From: Blastocatellia bacterium
Lineage (GTDB): Bacteria > Acidobacteriota > Blastocatellia > RBC074
NCBI GenBank assembly: GCA_031409955.1
Contig: JANNYF010000120.1
Coordinates: forward strand, 10,780-74,779
DNA: 64,000 nt
Direction: 5' to 3'
Both the position numbers and the translations under genes were made by a program. The notes beneath the pieces were generated by a model. That model saw nothing but the letters and a program-made list of their open reading frames with translations. It was not told the origin of the DNA and ran no database searches. Positions 60,686 to 64,000 of this stretch are shown one piece after another. Within the stretch, counting starts at the first letter, position 1, and every line of letters starts with the position of its first letter.

Positions 60686-62587
60686 ATGAAGAAGATATTA
60701 CTTTGTTTATTATTGATTGTTGCTTGTACGACGGCTGTTTTCGCCGATAACTATTCCGAAGCGCGCAAGGCGTACCAAGCGAAAGATTATGCCAAAGCAG
60801 CACAGCTTTTTGCAGCGGCGGTGCAGGAAAAAAATGACGCGCCGAGCTATTACGGATTGGGGATCACCTATCTACGGCTGAAACGTTTTTCTGACGCCCT
60901 CAAACCACTCGAAACCGCGCAGCAAAAAGACGCTACATTGAATTTTGCGCCGGGCAGCGATTTTGCGGCGAAGAAAAAATTCTTTGAGCAACGCTTGGCC
61001 GAAGCGCGCAGTGGCGCTGGCACTGCGGGCAACGCGCCGCGCTTGGTCAACGACGCGCAATTGGATCAAGTCTTAGCCGACCTGACCGCAGGCAAAGCAG
61101 TGATGGATTACACGAACACGCTGACGCCGACGGACAAAACCGAACTGGAAAAAATCGTCAACGATGCGCGTGGTCGCGGTTTCAACTTGCGTGCGTATCT
61201 TGTCCCGCCTGGTCGTGCCATTAAAACCAAAGAATTTACTCTCCGCGACGTGCGCAAGCTTGGCAATCTGAAAGCCAATGACATCGTTGTCATCGCCAGT
61301 CAGGAAGGCGTTTATGCGACGGGCTTGCGCGGCGAATCCGAACTCGACAACGCGGAAATTACAGCCGCAGCACAAGCCTCGACACCGTTCTTCAAGCAAC
61401 AACAGGCTGGGCGCTCCGGCTTCGGACTTGGCATGGCAGAGTTCTCACGCGCGCTAACCGCCGAGGCCAGTTCAGATCGTTCGACGCGCAGAACTTCGTA
61501 TGGGTTTCTCCTCTTACTTGGCGGTGGCGCAGCCGTCACGGGCGTAGGCTTCGTCATTGGTCGCCGCAAGCTCAAACAAAAAGCCTACAAAAACAAACTC
61601 AACGAAGGCATCAATCTGTTGATGAACGAAATCAACGACAAGCTCGGCAAAGAGTTTGATGTCAACGCACGCTTCGTCAATTGGCAGAGCGAATACGAAG
61701 CCATTAAGGCCGAAAACAACTGGAAAGATCACACCAAAATTGATCGCTTGAATGTGACGATGCAAGACGCCGTGCGCCAGCCGGAGCGCTACTTTGATTA
61801 CTTGCCCGGCATCAAAGAAATCAAGGAAGCTGCCGCCAAACTCGGTGCGCCGCCACCGCCGCAAAGAAACACTGAAGATGTGTTTGATTACTTCGACGGT
61901 CGCCCGCTCAACAAAGACGAAGCAGTTGTGGTGGCGCTCAAAGACAAAGACGGACAGGAGATTCGCGTGCTGACTTCGCGCGCACACGCCGATGAAATGG
62001 GACAAGGCCAAATGCCAAAAGTGCTAACGCGCGAAGTCAATGGTCGGCGCGTGCATTGGTCGAACGATTCCAGTTATGATCCACACCGTGATTATCGGCC
62101 TTATGATCCGTACCAACGCAACACAAGCTGGGTGGACATTTGGATGATGAGCCAGATTTTCAATCAGCACACGTATTACGGCCCCGCGATTTATCCGTAC
62201 TATCACAACGATTACTATTACTCGCAGCCGTATTCGCATCAGCCGATTTATGATTCGCCCGGCGCGCGCGATTGGAATGGCGACGGCGTAGTTGACTTCG
62301 GCGAATCGCAGCGCCATTACAATGAACCCGTCTATCGCCCCGACGAGCGAGGCTATCCGGTTGAGGCATCCCAACAAACATACGACGACAATTCCGGCGG
62401 CATTGATTTTGGCTGGAGTGGTGGTTCCGACAGCAGTTCGAGTTCGAGCGATTCGTCGAGTGATTGGGGTTCGAGCAGCGGCAGTAGCGATTGGGGTGGC
62501 GGCAGTGATTTCGGCGGTGGCGGTGATTCTGGTGGCGGGAGTGATTTTGGTGGTGGCAGTGATTCCGGGAGCAGCAGTAGTGAATAA
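60686..62587 (+). CDS. TPR + TPM-like membrane protein with Tyr-rich and Gly/Ser/Asp-rich tail
   Basis: Signal peptide, TPR, VMDYTNTLTPTDK TPM-like start, one TM helix, GGSDFGGG tail. Confidence 0.7.
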   Translation: MKKILLCLLLIVACTTAVFADNYSEARKAYQAKDYAKAAQLFAAAVQEKNDAPSYYGLGITYLRLKRFSDALKPLETAQQKDATLNFAPGSDFAAKKKFFEQRLAEARSGAGTAGNAPRLVNDAQLDQVLADLTAGKAVMDYTNTLTPTDKTELEKIVNDARGRGFNLRAYLVPPGRAIKTKEFTLRDVRKLGNLKANDIVVIASQEGVYATGLRGESELDNAEITAAAQASTPFFKQQQAGRSGFGLGMAEFSRALTAEASSDRSTRRTSYGFLLLLGGGAAVTGVGFVIGRRKLKQKAYKNKLNEGINLLMNEINDKLGKEFDVNARFVNWQSEYEAIKAENNWKDHTKIDRLNVTMQDAVRQPERYFDYLPGIKEIKEAAAKLGAPPPPQRNTEDVFDYFDGRPLNKDEAVVVALKDKDGQEIRVLTSRAHADEMGQGQMPKVLTREVNGRRVHWSNDSSYDPHRDYRPYDPYQRNTSWVDIWMMSQIFNQHTYYGPAIYPYYHNDYYYSQPYSHQPIYDSPGARDWNGDGVVDFGESQRHYNEPVYRPDERGYPVEASQQTYDDNSGGIDFGWSGGSDSSSSSSDSSSDWGSSSGSSDWGGGSDFGGGGDSGGGSDFGGGSDSGSSSSE

Positions 62588-62603
62588 GTTCTGAGGTTTT
62601 ACT

Positions 62604-63260
62604 ATGATTGCAGTAAGTACAGACTATCTTTCGATTATCAATACCTTGCCTCCGGGCGCAACAACAATCTTTCGCAATGTTTCGTGGGAAGACTATGAGA
62701 CCTTACTTGATGAAATCACTGACGAGCCTCACATTCGTATTTCTTACGATGATGGGGTTTTGCAAATTATGACTATTTCTACTGACCACGAAGAACTCAC
62801 CGTACTTATTTCTATCTTTATTCGCGTTATTGAAGATGAGTTGCGGCTCCCCATTCAAAGCTATCGCTCCGCCACCTTCAAAAAAGATAGAAAGCGCAAA
62901 GGCACGGAACCTGATGATTGTTTTTATATTCAAAATGCTGACAAAGTAATTGGCAAGAAATTGGACATACAAACCGATCCGCCACCTGATCTTGCTATCG
63001 AAGTTGATCTTTCCAGCCCTTCGTTATTGAAGTTCCCAATTTACGCGGCGCTCGGTGTACCAGAGCTTTGGCGCTACAAAAATGATGACGTGAAATTCTA
63101 CAAATTGATGGATGAAGAGTATGAAGAAACTGATCGAAGCCTGGCCTTTCCTTTCTTAACTTCAGAGGTTCTCACGCAGTTTCTATTACGTGGCATTACT
63201 GACGGGCAAACCGTTGCCAAATGGGCCTTCGCAGATTGGGTCAAAGTAAACAAACCTTAA
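62604..63260 (+). CDS. Uma2 family putative endonuclease
   Basis: VSWEDY, EPDDCFY, PPPDLAIEVD, YAALGVPELWRY. Confidence 0.9.
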   Translation: MIAVSTDYLSIINTLPPGATTIFRNVSWEDYETLLDEITDEPHIRISYDDGVLQIMTISTDHEELTVLISIFIRVIEDELRLPIQSYRSATFKKDRKRKGTEPDDCFYIQNADKVIGKKLDIQTDPPPDLAIEVDLSSPSLLKFPIYAALGVPELWRYKNDDVKFYKLMDEEYEETDRSLAFPFLTSEVLTQFLLRGITDGQTVAKWAFADWVKVNKP

Positions 63261-63273
63261 CTGAGTAGTAACT

Positions 63274-63936
63274 ATGATTGCAGTAAGTACAAACTATCTT
63301 TCCATTATCGAAGCCTTGCCCCCGGACGCTATGACAATTTTTCGCAACCTGGCCTGGGAGGAATATAAGTCTATCGTCAAAGCACTAGGTAATGCGCCGC
63401 GCTTCCGAATGGCCTACGACAATGGGACATTACAAATTATGACTACTTCCCCGAAGCATGAGCGAATCAAAATGTTACTTGGTTGGTTAGTTCTGGAGTT
63501 AGTCAAGGCCGCCGGACAGCCTTTTGATAGTATTGGTTCAACGACCTTGATGAATGACAACGTCAGAAAGGGTACGGAACCAGATGATTGTTATTATCTG
63601 CAAAATGCCAGCCGAGTAATCGGGAAAGATATTGACCTTAATATTGACCCGCCACCTGACTTAGCCATTGAAGTTGACTTATCCTCTCCATCTTTGAAGA
63701 AGTTCCCTATTTATGCGGCGCTCGGCGTTCCTGAACTTTGGCGACATAAGCGTGGACACGTCAAGTTTTATCAACTTGAGATAAGTGACTATGAAGAAAT
63801 ATCGCAAAGTATTGCTTTCCCCTTTCTTAGCTCTGACATCATTACAGAGCATGTTCAGATAGGACTTGAACAGGGGCCTATGCCTATGTTGCGATCTTTC
63901 GCTGACTGGATCAGAACTAATCAACCGGACGCATAA
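63274..63936 (+). CDS. Uma2 family putative endonuclease (tandem paralog)
   Basis: Same motifs; near-identical start MIAVST.YLSII. Confidence 0.9.
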   Translation: MIAVSTNYLSIIEALPPDAMTIFRNLAWEEYKSIVKALGNAPRFRMAYDNGTLQIMTTSPKHERIKMLLGWLVLELVKAAGQPFDSIGSTTLMNDNVRKGTEPDDCYYLQNASRVIGKDIDLNIDPPPDLAIEVDLSSPSLKKFPIYAALGVPELWRHKRGHVKFYQLEISDYEEISQSIAFPFLSSDIITEHVQIGLEQGPMPMLRSFADWIRTNQPDA

Positions 63937-63938
63937 CC

Positions 63939-64000
63939 ATGCCGCATTCCATTCTCATCGTTGACGACGAACCCGGCATTCGCCAATCGCTCGCAGGTGT
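63939..64000 (+). CDS. Response regulator N-terminus, probably NtrX-like (truncated by the window edge)
   Basis: MPHSILIVDDEPGIRQSLAGV receiver start downstream of the ntrY-like gene. Confidence 0.7.
   Translation, partial: MPHSILIVDDEPGIRQSLAG

Noticed and set aside
54631-63936. Uma2 genes as a restriction/defence system
   Set aside because: No methyltransferase or other defence partner; Uma2 paralogs are commonly expanded as stand-alone genes.

Overview
Bacterial chromosomal window, most likely Acidobacteriota (Blastocatellia-like). This is inferred from gene content: a Solibacter-type secreted protein, Uma2 paralogs, a wHTH-hydrolase regulator and short intergenic tandem repeats. Housekeeping content includes a split F0F1 ATP synthase operon (b', b, delta, alpha, gamma at 9-13 kb; beta, epsilon at 32-34 kb), tRNA-Val(CAC), two threonine/serine dehydratases, an XrtA/PEP-CTERM-type exopolysaccharide gene set (20-30 kb), a NarL-type two-component pair and NtrY/NtrX-like genes. 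The most notable region is 41.0-54.6 kb. It holds 12 minus-strand genes: eight signal-peptide cargo-like proteins, an outer-membrane beta-barrel with a partner protein, and two small CxxC/HTH paralogs. A wHTH-alpha/beta-hydrolase-degenerate-cyclase regulator is transcribed divergently. Two promoters in this locus share a 55-bp element of 11-bp-period direct repeats with identical -35/-10 geometry, and the main one precedes a ~325-nt leader of back-to-back hairpins. Also notable are an S8 protease ending in GVIYAD hexapeptide repeats, several long structured leaders and REP-like elements. All family assignments come from reading motifs by eye; no database search was run.
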